This document shows positions 9,946 to 19,179 of a DNA stretch of 64,000 nt, in pieces. Positions within the stretch are counted from its first letter, which is position 1, and the number at the start of each line of letters is the position of its first letter. The notes below the pieces were generated by a model that worked only from the letters and a program-made list of their open reading frames with translations, did not search any database and was not told where the DNA came from. This DNA comes from a virus (lineage: Duplodnaviria > Heunggongvirae > Uroviricota > Caudoviricetes), in IMG/VR virus record IMGVR_UViG_3300023181_000027, positions 35,473 to 99,472 of that record, one strand, 5' to 3'. A program made the translations under genes and the position numbers.

Positions 9946-10608
9946 TTATAGTAAGTCAATGTCCAGATCTAATGCGCCACCAGTGCTTGCAGCTGGAGCG
10001 AAGTTAGTCTGTGGCATAGTTGTTGGAGCAGCTTGTGCTGATGCATCAATCTTTTCCATTTCTTTCGGTGTAAATGCCAATTTAGCACCAATGAAGTTAG
10101 TCCTTGGATAAACTTCACCTTTTTTGCTGATAGACAGCACATATCCTGGGAAACGTGCATTTCCGTCTTTATCGGCGAGTAATTTAATCTGAGTTATTGT
10201 TCCAATAGCCTTTGTGGTATTTGTTACCACAAACTTACGCAGGTCATCCCAGCTTGCAAATGCAAGCTCACCTTTTTTGTTGATACTCTCATCAACAGCA
10301 GGTGCAACTGCAGCAATCAAGTGACGGATTTTGAACATCAAATCCTCAAGAGGAGATGGATTCACGCCACCGAAGTTGTTTGCAGGTCTCACTTCGTCAC
10401 CATTACGTGGTTCGAAGACGGTATCTTCAAATGTACCTTCATCGTTTTTGAATTTCAAACGTAACACAGAAAATGTGTCACCAGAACCATCTTTCTTAAC
10501 GATGGTTTCTGCTACTGCACCATCCCATTGAACGGTGTAGATTTTGTTTCCTTTTAAACGAGTTGATTGTGTTGCGTTGGTTGGGGCTGCGCCTAAATTA
10601 AAGTTCAT
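9946..10608 (-). CDS. hypothetical protein, possible ssDNA-binding protein
   Basis: 220 aa sitting between the primase and helicase genes. It ends in an acidic tail (ALDLDIDLL) like many SSBs. Assigned by context only. Confidence 0.25.
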   Translation of the reverse strand: MNFNLGAAPTNATQSTRLKGNKIYTVQWDGAVAETIVKKDGSGDTFSVLRLKFKNDEGTFEDTVFEPRNGDEVRPANNFGGVNPSPLEDLMFKIRHLIAAVAPAVDESINKKGELAFASWDDLRKFVVTNTTKAIGTITQIKLLADKDGNARFPGYVLSISKKGEVYPRTNFIGAKLAFTPKEMEKIDASAQAAPTTMPQTNFAPAASTGGALDLDIDLL

Positions 10609-10613
10609 AATGC

Positions 10614-11123
10614 TTATTTTTTCTTATTTGTGATTTCAAAACTAAAATCGATCTCTTCACCGTTATCCACGGTAGACAGAAAATCGGAATCATCTAATAG
10701 TACTTGTTGCATCTCTTCTTTAGGTGTATCTATTGTATCATTTGTGAGAAGTAAAAAACCTTCTCCAGTTAAGCGGAAATCCCACTCATTGCCATAGGCT
10801 GCTAGCGTAGTAGCCGGCTGACCAGTACACCTTATAGTTAGGTGTTTGGTTATTTTATTGCCGGCCTTTAATGTTCCAGCACGCTTAGGAGTGACTAACG
10901 CGGGTTCATCGTTTGTAAAGCTTAAGATTAGTTTATCACCAACCTGAACATTTAGCAAGTCCATTGCTTTTTGTGTAAGCTTTAACGAGTTGCCCGCCAT
11001 ATAGATTTTACCCGACTCTTTAGAAGTTGAAGAAGCCCTAACAGTCTTCACTGCAGGGCTTTTATGTACTTCCAAATTAGTTACTTTCTCACTTATCGGA
11101 TCAAAATCGAAACTTATTCTCAT
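10614..11123 (-). CDS. hypothetical protein (169 aa)
   Basis: Track ORF. Confidence 0.45.
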   Translation of the reverse strand: MRISFDFDPISEKVTNLEVHKSPAVKTVRASSTSKESGKIYMAGNSLKLTQKAMDLLNVQVGDKLILSFTNDEPALVTPKRAGTLKAGNKITKHLTIRCTGQPATTLAAYGNEWDFRLTGEGFLLLTNDTIDTPKEEMQQVLLDDSDFLSTVDNGEEIDFSFEITNKKK

Positions 11124-11806
11124 TATCCTTCGTTGTACTCGTTGATTTTCTCAATAACGACTTTAAGGTCATTATCAATACGTTCCTCATCGAAACAACC
11201 CATTGGGGTTTTTGCAGTAGTTGTACCATCGGTTTGGGTGACGAACTTATATTCAATCTTTCCGTCCTCTCCAGAAGCTGCTTCTGCAAAGAACACGTAA
11301 GTACACAGACCTTCAACACCAATAGCGCTGTCAATCAGTTTACCTGACGTTTTGAATTTACGTTTAGGATTTAGAGGATCACCATTGTTTTCCTCGTGAC
11401 CAAAGATAAACACCTTCAAATCGTCTCTCAACGTAGAAGCTGTTTTGAGCATCTGATAGAAGCTTTGAGCAAGTTCTGTAAACTTCTCATAACCTTTCTC
11501 TTTCACTCTATCCATCGCGTCAAATGACATCGTGTAACCGGCATCATCAATAACGATTTGTTTAATCTCTGGGCGTTTCTTATCGATGTAATTCAACACC
11601 TTTATGATATTGGCGAAACTGGAAGTTGAAAGCATATTACCCTCGCCAGTAGCTGAGTTTAATTGCGTGTACTTCCTTTTACTTCCTTTAAATGGAAGTG
11701 GTTTACCAGCTACATTGATGATAAACGTTTCGTTTGGCTCTAAATTCCTAATTGATGTGCTCTTCCCTGAACCACTGTTACCTATTACTAATGCTAAATC
11801 AGACAT
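11123..11806 (-). CDS. P-loop NTPase (RecA/Sak4-like or PhoH-like)
   Basis: Walker A VIGNSGSGKST and Walker B-like QIVIDDAGY. Confidence 0.5.
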   Translation of the reverse strand: MSDLALVIGNSGSGKSTSIRNLEPNETFIINVAGKPLPFKGSKRKYTQLNSATGEGNMLSTSSFANIIKVLNYIDKKRPEIKQIVIDDAGYTMSFDAMDRVKEKGYEKFTELAQSFYQMLKTASTLRDDLKVFIFGHEENNGDPLNPKRKFKTSGKLIDSAIGVEGLCTYVFFAEAASGEDGKIEYKFVTQTDGTTTAKTPMGCFDEERIDNDLKVVIEKINEYNEG

Positions 11807-11906
11807 TTTTTACTTTATTTTCATTTTCAATTCTACTCATTGTCGATCTTAAGGGGTCACAAAGATACATTAAAATCTTTGCATTGTCAATCTAAAATTA
11901 GTAAAA

Positions 11907-13013
11907 CTAAAGTTTGAAAACAAACTTAGCTTTTGGTGGCTCTGCATTCTCTGCTTCCACTTGCTTAGTGCTTTCAGTCAGTTGAAGATACTGTTGCATC
12001 TCTACTTCACTTAAGGCATTAAACTCATCTCCTTTGATTGGAAACTCTCTCCAGTAACCAATACTACCAAAGAAGTTAACACTAACACTCTTATCAGCCT
12101 CACCCAATCTGTTCTTCAACACTTGGATGGCCCGATACTTGTCTTGGAGTATACGTATATTAAAGTTCTTACTCTTCCCGAGTTTTTCACGCCAAGGATG
12201 GAAGATGGCCATAATAACCTCTGCATCCTCACTTGGACCGCCTGAATCTTTAATATCGCTCAATTCAATCTCTTGCATTGCCGCATTCCGTCTATCCATG
12301 CTACTTGCACTTCTATTCAGCTGCAGTAACACTAATGGAGAATAACCACACTCATTTCTTCTACTCATGAGGTAATTACTCGCGAGGTCCATCTCCTCTT
12401 TCTTGTTTCTATTCTTCACTCTCTTCAACAAACCTAAGTGATCGACAACTATTTGTACAAGTTCATCGGTATGTGTAGGCTTATAAAGAGTATGGTTGGG
12501 ATCACTGTCGTCAAATACACCCCACTCATTCGCATATTGCATCATACTTGCATATAATGAATCTGCAGAGGTGGCTTTATCAATAATCTTTAATTGTAAT
12601 AGAATAGCTTCCATCCAAGGAATACAACTCTCAATTAAATCCCTTTCATCCTGTGTGAGTATTTCCTGTTTAGATATAATCCGCTTATATGACATCTCCA
12701 ATCCATACGTTTCGTACAGATGTAGTGACAGCAATTTAGCGAGTAGTATCTCTCCAGTCATCTCTAAAGAATAGTAAACAATCCTATACTTCATATCACC
12801 GAGGTGAGCTGTTAAAGGTTTATAAACATATGAATATAAGGCAAAAGTGGTTTTACCGCTTCCAGTACCACCGCAAATGATAGAATATGTTTGGCGTTGT
12901 ACACCATCCATAATACTTTCCAGCTTAGGTAAACCCATTGTCACACCTTTATTTAACCCTAACATACCACGATCAATGATGTGTAGTAGTCGGCCAATTA
13001 ATGGATTCATCAA
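11907..13013 (-). CDS. DnaB-like replicative DNA helicase (RecA-fold C-terminal domain)
   Basis: H1 motif GGTGSGKTTFAL, an H2-like IVVDHLGLL and an H3-like LLQLNRS match DnaB / T7 gp4-type helicases. Confidence 0.65.
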   Translation of the reverse strand: MMNPLIGRLLHIIDRGMLGLNKGVTMGLPKLESIMDGVQRQTYSIICGGTGSGKTTFALYSYVYKPLTAHLGDMKYRIVYYSLEMTGEILLAKLLSLHLYETYGLEMSYKRIISKQEILTQDERDLIESCIPWMEAILLQLKIIDKATSADSLYASMMQYANEWGVFDDSDPNHTLYKPTHTDELVQIVVDHLGLLKRVKNRNKKEEMDLASNYLMSRRNECGYSPLVLLQLNRSASSMDRRNAAMQEIELSDIKDSGGPSEDAEVIMAIFHPWREKLGKSKNFNIRILQDKYRAIQVLKNRLGEADKSVSVNFFGSIGYWREFPIKGDEFNALSEVEMQQYLQLTESTKQVEAENAEPPKAKFVFKL

Positions 13014-13639
13014 TCAAGATCCTCCATCGTTTCCACTTTAAAGGCAAGTTTATTAATCTCACCAGTACGCTGCATGATTATATGATCCTCCCATTTTCTG
13101 GTTACCACATACTCAACGATACCATACTGAATGAGTTTATGTTCCTTGGCCCATTCTAAACTTTCCAACACCTTCAAGTGGTTTTCAAGTTTATGTTGAA
13201 TAGCTTTTTGATATTTAAGGAAGAAGTCATTCTCATCAACGAAGCCACCTTTACTGACAAAGTTATTAGCGCATAATTGCATTTCACTCCCTTGTATGAA
13301 CATAGGGTATGCACGATGCAACTCTCTACCAGCTTCAAAGCTATTTTTAAAGTAGTTATTAAGGAAGGTCTTACTGAACTCCACTTGATCGTACTCGAAG
13401 TTTTCCCCTGATTTGGGGACTTTATAAGAACTAGCGAACACCTTCTTATCTTTTAACGATTGCAATGTATCTAATGGCACGCAAACTTTGCAGCATTCAT
13501 TGAAGTACTTAGACAAATACTCTGGCTGTCCTTGATCGGCAAGCCAGAGCATCTCAATGAATAGCCACTCTTCTGCGTTCAATTCATGCTTCTGCATGAT
13601 TGTTAGTTTTCTATCAAGATCAAGAGATAGTTTATACAT
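13010..13639 (-). CDS. hypothetical protein (209 aa)
   Basis: Track ORF overlapping its neighbours by 4 nt. Confidence 0.45.
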   Translation of the reverse strand: MYKLSLDLDRKLTIMQKHELNAEEWLFIEMLWLADQGQPEYLSKYFNECCKVCVPLDTLQSLKDKKVFASSYKVPKSGENFEYDQVEFSKTFLNNYFKNSFEAGRELHRAYPMFIQGSEMQLCANNFVSKGGFVDENDFFLKYQKAIQHKLENHLKVLESLEWAKEHKLIQYGIVEYVVTRKWEDHIIMQRTGEINKLAFKVETMEDLD

Positions 13640-14866
13640 TTAAAACCTAAATAAAAAGTTTGTTTCTTTGTGTCTTCTCTCAGTAAACTCACCAGTAGTG
13701 AGAAAGTCGTCTAGTTGCTTTTCGTTAAGCGTAACTACCTTAAGGTCCTTACTACTCTTCTTAAACCACTCTTCTTCCACAGTACCTTTAATTACCAGAT
13801 GCCATACCTCAGCCACCTTATCTCCTTCTTTTCGGATTGAGCGACCAATTCTTTGACGTTTGGTAATTGATGAGCTATCGCCTGAGAGTATAATTATTGT
13901 GTCTACGCCTGTAACGTCAGCTCCCACATTTAAAGCTTGGCATGAATTAAGAGTTCCACTATCAGCATCGTTAAATGACTGTAACATCTTCTCTTTCTTC
14001 TTCTTACTCACTTTCCCATGATATATGTCTCCACAGCAGATTTGCTTAGCGTGATCAACTGATTTTGTAAATGTAATGATCTTTGCATTTTCACGTGCAT
14101 TGATGATCTTATCCGCTATCTCAATCTTCTTTAAGTGGTCATATATAAAGCTCTTTCGGGCTTTCATGGCTTTTATAAACCCCATGGCAGCTATTGTAAC
14201 CTCTCCTGGAGATTTATGTTTATGTTTGGCATAGTGATACCTGTAGCCATTAAGACCACTGACACACTTCATTGCCTCATTAAAATCAAACTCAAAGAAA
14301 GAGAAATAATGTAGGAACTTAGTGTTCCATTTGGCATATTCTGTCAGATCTACATCCAACATGACACGGTATTGCTTATAATCAGCGACCCACTCGTACT
14401 TGATAGCATCATCAAGTGTGATACGATCACATATAGGGGCGTACTGTTGTAACATTACCTCCTTACCATCTAGTCTATCGATAGTACCAGTAAGGCAAAG
14501 TATTAACTTGTATTTAACTTGATGAAAGATTGCTGAGAAGCTCTCAGCAACCATCATATGCACTTCATCGACAATCAACAAATCGCAACTTAACTCACGT
14601 TTGATAGCTGTGTTTACTACATACACGTCCACGTGTTGTATGAGTTCCCTCTCAATAAGCTCTTTTATCCATTGCTCTTTTAAATTGTCGGTTGGTACGA
14701 TGACTATCATCTTAGCATCCGCTTTCTTCGCTAACATTCGAGTGATGATTTTCATCGCCACTCTAGTCTTACCAAATCCAGTAGGATACAAACATGTAGC
14801 CCTTCCACCAGCTTTTTTCCAATGTTCTATCCCTTCATCTTGACGTGCATCACGTGTTAGAGTCAA
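13640..14866 (-). CDS. SF2 DEAD/DEAH-box helicase (UvsW/RAD25-like)
   Basis: Motif I PTGFGKTRVA, motif II LLIVDEVH, motif III LTGT and motif VI QRIGRSIR are all present. Confidence 0.75.
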   Translation of the reverse strand: MTLTRDARQDEGIEHWKKAGGRATCLYPTGFGKTRVAMKIITRMLAKKADAKMIVIVPTDNLKEQWIKELIERELIQHVDVYVVNTAIKRELSCDLLIVDEVHMMVAESFSAIFHQVKYKLILCLTGTIDRLDGKEVMLQQYAPICDRITLDDAIKYEWVADYKQYRVMLDVDLTEYAKWNTKFLHYFSFFEFDFNEAMKCVSGLNGYRYHYAKHKHKSPGEVTIAAMGFIKAMKARKSFIYDHLKKIEIADKIINARENAKIITFTKSVDHAKQICCGDIYHGKVSKKKKEKMLQSFNDADSGTLNSCQALNVGADVTGVDTIIILSGDSSSITKRQRIGRSIRKEGDKVAEVWHLVIKGTVEEEWFKKSSKDLKVVTLNEKQLDDFLTTGEFTERRHKETNFLFRF

Positions 14867-16869
14867 AATAGTGTTTCTTGTATTGGTTCCAACAAAGCTA
14901 TCACTTTATTACATGCGTGGATATAATAACGATAATCAATGTCGTATTGTTTTATTGGTCTCTCTTCATACTCATTAAACAGTTGTACGCCGAAACCTTT
15001 CAACACGTTAGACTTGATTAACACCTGTCCAACCTGTCCAGTCTTTCTATCGTACTTGTCAACTGTCTTACATTTATAAAGATAAGCACCTTTTCTACTC
15101 ACGTAGAATCGATTAATGTGTTGTTGTGGTTTAAGATACCACTCAACTTCATACTGCTTACCAATCTTTTGGAATGTAATGAAATCCCATATTGAACGTG
15201 CACCACGTATGGTGTCTTCAACTGGTATTCCCTTACCGAAGTAATTAATCAGTGCCTTTGCTACAATGAGACTGTCTAAACCTTTCCCTAATCTAGGATT
15301 AGATACAAACAAGCCTTTCTCTTTCACATAGGCGTTCTTCTTAATAGTATTGCTCTCTGGAGTTAGTAGAGGGTATGTGAAGTTAAACTCCACTGCTTTT
15401 TCCGGGGTATCGAAATCTATGGTATCTTTAACATCTGACCAACCTTTCTTAAACGCGACATAATCATTAACCGCCATAATGACAATCTTTTCATACTCCA
15501 CGTATTCTAACTCTAAACGAGTTTCAGTTTGCCATTTGTTGCAGATCTCATAGAACAATTCAACCTTTTCACGTGGGCATTTGACAGTTACACCATCTGT
15601 ATTAGACGATATCACCTCAATTCCAGCCAACTCACATCTTTCGATAAGCATTAACAACATAAGCTGTCCTGCCACACAAATACCAATGTTAGCTTCTGGA
15701 GCATAATAAGGTGAGAACATATTCCTCAAATTCCCTAAGATGCTATTCAACGCCAGTTTATAAGTTGTATCTTTCAATTTGTCTTTTGCGCGTTTGGCAA
15801 CAAGACGGTCTGTACGAAGATCTTCGAGTACTTGCAAGAAGGCCTCTTTAAATCCTGCAGGACCATACTTGTATAGAATTGCCAGTGATGGATACAGCGA
15901 TGCCACATCAGCATCAATAATGACGTACTTTTCATCCTCTGTATGCACTTTAGGAGTGTTTACAGAGTGTACGCCACCAACGCCAAATGAATGACGTAGA
16001 TTATTAATCCTTTGAATGATGCTGGTCTCACCCCAACCTTCAACCCGCTTTAATCCTTCAGAGTCGAGTACCATACCTTGATAAAAGTTTAATACTCTGT
16101 TTGCCTCTGGAGTTTCAAACTTAATGAACTCTGGAATGTAGTCTTTAACAACGATCTCATCTAAGTTAATCCTAGACGAATAAAGTTGCTTTTCATCGTA
16201 AATACCCAGGTTAGCACATATCCTTTTAGTAAATATGTCCACACCTATACCCACACCATCCTTCGATAGGCAGTCAATGCCAAACTCATTTTGAATCTGT
16301 ATTCTCAAAGAGATGTCATTTTTTAATAACGACATCAAATACGAGGTGGAATTCACATCGTTATGACAATAATAGATCAGATTATCATGTTGATCAATTG
16401 GAATGTATCTGTCCCAGTCAATCAACATCTCTTTGACATTATGATAGCACATTGTTATTTGCAGACTCTTTAATCCGACTCTTAGAGCTTTAGAAGCCAT
16501 CATAGTCATCAAGTCCATCTGCGCAAAACTGTTCTGCCATTTATACTTACTCCATGCTTGTGGTTCACCATTGATAATTGTACCTGCTAGTTTATAACAA
16601 GCATCAGCCACCAACAAGTAATTCCTGTCACGTTGAAACTCCCAAAACCTACTGATTAGCATATTCACAATAGGTGTATCAAAATGTATACAGTTGTATC
16701 CTACAAACACATACTGATCATCTTGAAAGAAGTCAACAAGCTCCTTTAACTGAAACTTCCTTGCACTTATCTCAAATGTACGTATTATCTCTTCACCCAC
16801 CACTTTAGCACAACATATGAAGGCATTTGGCGGGGTTTCAACGTCATATACACAGAGTTTCCGCTTCAT
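14863..16869 (-). CDS. family B DNA polymerase (compact, 668 aa) with 3'-5' exonuclease
   Basis: Exo I VYDVETP, Exo II YNCIHFDTPI and Exo III YYCHNDVNS are present. Pol motif A is DADVASLYPSL (DxxSLYPS), with a motif C-like SNTDGV. Confidence 0.7.
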   Translation of the reverse strand: MKRKLCVYDVETPPNAFICCAKVVGEEIIRTFEISARKFQLKELVDFFQDDQYVFVGYNCIHFDTPIVNMLISRFWEFQRDRNYLLVADACYKLAGTIINGEPQAWSKYKWQNSFAQMDLMTMMASKALRVGLKSLQITMCYHNVKEMLIDWDRYIPIDQHDNLIYYCHNDVNSTSYLMSLLKNDISLRIQIQNEFGIDCLSKDGVGIGVDIFTKRICANLGIYDEKQLYSSRINLDEIVVKDYIPEFIKFETPEANRVLNFYQGMVLDSEGLKRVEGWGETSIIQRINNLRHSFGVGGVHSVNTPKVHTEDEKYVIIDADVASLYPSLAILYKYGPAGFKEAFLQVLEDLRTDRLVAKRAKDKLKDTTYKLALNSILGNLRNMFSPYYAPEANIGICVAGQLMLLMLIERCELAGIEVISSNTDGVTVKCPREKVELFYEICNKWQTETRLELEYVEYEKIVIMAVNDYVAFKKGWSDVKDTIDFDTPEKAVEFNFTYPLLTPESNTIKKNAYVKEKGLFVSNPRLGKGLDSLIVAKALINYFGKGIPVEDTIRGARSIWDFITFQKIGKQYEVEWYLKPQQHINRFYVSRKGAYLYKCKTVDKYDRKTGQVGQVLIKSNVLKGFGVQLFNEYEERPIKQYDIDYRYYIHACNKVIALLEPIQETLF

Positions 16870-17721
16870 TTATAGGGTTATTCCTTTTAATTTTGCAACT
16901 TCTTGTAGTTGCCCGATACGTTGCTCCCATTGATCAATGTGGAACATAATATCGTCCTCTAACGATAACAGTATCCTGTAACGTAGAGTACGTAATTGTT
17001 CAACTGTCAATTCATTGTAGTATCTGCTCTTAAGGTTCAACATCGCACGTAGCTGTGTATAAGTTAAACCTTTCGAATCAGTTTTCAATTTCATATGATC
17101 ACCAATGTTCAAACGCTCGCGTATCACTTCGATATAATTACGTTTCTGACCATTCTCATACTCCGTAAGTAATCCCTCATCTTCTTCTGTCAACCTTAAT
17201 CCTTGTTTCAGGATAAATGTGAGCGTGATGTGCGACTTATCAAACTTACCAAGTTTGTGTATACAACCCTCTTGTACTAACTTAATAGGTAGGTTATTGT
17301 ATTGGCTACTAACCGCTACAAAATCACTAAGCGGTACATTACGTAACTGCTCCTGTGTTAACCCACTGTTTAGTATAGGTTGCTTAATTGCCTCAATAAT
17401 AGTGTACCTAGATGTCCCATCTGCCTCACTCTCACGGAGAAATAACTCAACACCACAACGATCCTTCTGAGATTGGATAATCTCAAGTAATGGTCTACGA
17501 CCTGGATTTTTATGATCTTTATTGTAAAGCATGGAGATACAGTGTGAATGAAATCTACGGAGTTGTTCTTCCGTGGCGTCAATTAGTGTTACCACCTCTT
17601 GACTGAAGTTGCCTTCACTGTCTCTTTCTTTCTTACCTTTCCATACATATGACTTAGCGTAAAAATTGCTATCATCAATTGCCTTACTTAACTTCTCTGC
17701 GAACTCTGTATTACCACTCAT
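16870..17721 (-). CDS. hypothetical protein (283 aa)
   Basis: Track ORF. Confidence 0.45.
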   Translation of the reverse strand: MSGNTEFAEKLSKAIDDSNFYAKSYVWKGKKERDSEGNFSQEVVTLIDATEEQLRRFHSHCISMLYNKDHKNPGRRPLLEIIQSQKDRCGVELFLRESEADGTSRYTIIEAIKQPILNSGLTQEQLRNVPLSDFVAVSSQYNNLPIKLVQEGCIHKLGKFDKSHITLTFILKQGLRLTEEDEGLLTEYENGQKRNYIEVIRERLNIGDHMKLKTDSKGLTYTQLRAMLNLKSRYYNELTVEQLRTLRYRILLSLEDDIMFHIDQWEQRIGQLQEVAKLKGITL

Positions 17722-17729
17722 CTGTAATA

Positions 17730-18059
17730 TTATATTTTAAATATGTTTTCTAATTTCTCTTGTACATCTCTCACACACTGTGAGCAAAACTTCAGTTTGC
17801 TCACTTCTATCTTTCTACTAACCCAAGAAATAGATTCAATATTACTAATCTTCGCGTACGACTTCAACGTCAGCTTTTTATGCACTACCTCAACGAGATT
17901 GTCCACTCCTACAGTGGCTGTGCTGGTGATTGGTACGATCAGCCAGTTATATGGTATACCAATAGCATTCGTGAATACATGCACACAAATGTATGGTCTT
18001 TTCTTGGCAGGGTCCGTGTTGTCTTGTTTAAATAACAAGCTTCCGACTTCTGCTTTCAT
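17730..18059 (-). CDS. hypothetical protein (109 aa)
   Basis: Track ORF. Confidence 0.4.
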   Translation of the reverse strand: MKAEVGSLLFKQDNTDPAKKRPYICVHVFTNAIGIPYNWLIVPITSTATVGVDNLVEVVHKKLTLKSYAKISNIESISWVSRKIEVSKLKFCSQCVRDVQEKLENIFKI

Positions 18060-18193
18060 TAATGTTGTTCCTATTACAAATAGGTCAACGGTATTGGTAT
18101 AGTGTTCTGTTGCCGTTTATGTATGGCCTGTATAACACATTTTTATCATGATTTGGTTATTGCTGTTAATTTTTAAACTCCTTATGGGAGTGG

Positions 18194-18529
18194 TTATGAA
18201 ACTTTTAGTTGGTTTGTGTTGGTAACGAAACCGTTCTTCAACACATGTGTAATAGGGACAAAATTTAGAAAGTACGTAGCCGTATATTGGTAGAATTTAT
18301 GCTGTCCTGAAGATGCTTCGAAGTAGGTGTCTACACCCCCCTTTACATCCTTAAACTCAACATATCCATCTTGCATAACTCTAGGTTCATCTCCACGCCA
18401 ATTTGGGCATCTACTACACATGACGAAATCGCCAGTGTTTAGATTCTCAAATACGTAGGTGGTATAACCCTCATCTGCTCCCTGGCCTACCAGTCTTGCT
18501 TTAATACATTTTTCTAATTTTTGCTCCAT
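18194..18529 (-). CDS. hypothetical protein (111 aa)
   Basis: Track ORF. Confidence 0.45.
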   Translation of the reverse strand: MEQKLEKCIKARLVGQGADEGYTTYVFENLNTGDFVMCSRCPNWRGDEPRVMQDGYVEFKDVKGGVDTYFEASSGQHKFYQYTATYFLNFVPITHVLKNGFVTNTNQLKVS

Positions 18530-18543
18530 TGGTTTTTAATAAT

Positions 18544-18816
18544 TTACTTCGCTGATCTACGTAATGTGCCAGCAGAAGTGTAAGATGCCGGCACTCTAGT
18601 AGGTATATCGGCAGTATTGGTAAAACTATGATTGGATATGCCAAGTGATACACTATCGTTATTCCAAGTCAAGTCAGTAGTACCACTACTACCATACAAA
18701 GCACCTTGTGGGCTCCTACTTTTTGTTACAGGTTGTTTCCAGCCCTCTAGTCCTGAGAAATGGTCAATTACAGAATTCTTATCCGTTAACCCAACTAGAG
18801 GGCTACTTAAAAAGGG
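18544..18816 (-). CDS. -1 frame extension ORF, about 90 codons with no start codon of its own; predicted transframe product with 18807..19004
   Basis: Hand translation of the -1 frame from the slippery site gives PFLSSPLVGLTDKNSVIDHFSGLEGWKQPVTKSRSPQGALYGSSGTTDLTWNNDSVSLGISNHSFTNTADIPTRVPASYTSAGTLRRSAK*. There is no in-frame ATG. Confidence 0.45.
   Translation of the reverse strand, partial: PFLSSPLVGLTDKNSVIDHFSGLEGWKQPVTKSRSPQGALYGSSGTTDLTWNNDSVSLGISNHSFTNTADIPTRVPASYTSAGTLRRSAK
18741..18816 (-). other. programmed -1 ribosomal frameshift signal: slippery CCCUUUU, a 5-nt spacer, then an 11-bp stem (AGCCCUCUAGU/ACUAGAGGGCU) with a 42-nt loop
   Basis: In the minus sense, heptamer C_CCU_UUU spans 18816-18810 in X_XXY_YYZ register relative to the upstream ORF. 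Spacer UAAGU follows. Then a perfect 11-bp inverted repeat spans 18804-18794 and 18751-18741. Confidence 0.5.
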
Positions 18817-19004
18817 CGGATAGAGATTACAACGTCATCAATAACATCATCCCATTTTGCATCAATCTTTCTGATGATATCGCGTTCTACGCTCTTCTGA
18901 TCTTTAGCTAACACTCTGTCTTGCAGAATGATTTCAGCCTTCGCGCCTTTCTCAGCGTCTTTTTCATTTGGTACATAAAATACCACATAATCAAATACTT
19001 TCAT
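18807..19004 (-). CDS. small protein (65 aa), 0-frame product of a predicted frameshift gene
   Basis: Track ORF ending ...ISIRPF*. A CCCUUUU slippery heptamer sits at its last two sense codons. Confidence 0.5.
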   Translation of the reverse strand: MKVFDYVVFYVPNEKDAEKGAKAEIILQDRVLAKDQKSVERDIIRKIDAKWDDVIDDVVISIRPF

Positions 19005-19179
19005 TTACTTTTTCTTTAGTTTGGTGTAAACCCAGTAGCCGATAGCTGCAGGGATTAGAAATAGTGCGACAGTTAAAAGGAAACTGACAACCTTGACCAA
19101 TACGATGATCACTTTAAAAATTACGAATAGAAGGATAGCGGCAATCACCGCTATCCCTATGATTTTAGTCCAGTGCATA

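Noticed and set aside
681-18102. Short plus-strand track ORFs nested inside long minus-strand genes (for example 681..899, 1312..1545, 2742..2969, 3835..4092, 5491..5682, 7088..7408, 9049..9348, 12127..12774, 14601..14843, 15779..15994, 17743..18102)
   Set aside because: They lie antisense within well-supported, motif-bearing minus-strand genes in a unidirectionally transcribed block. Their composition is low-complexity or hydrophobic, typical of shadow ORFs.
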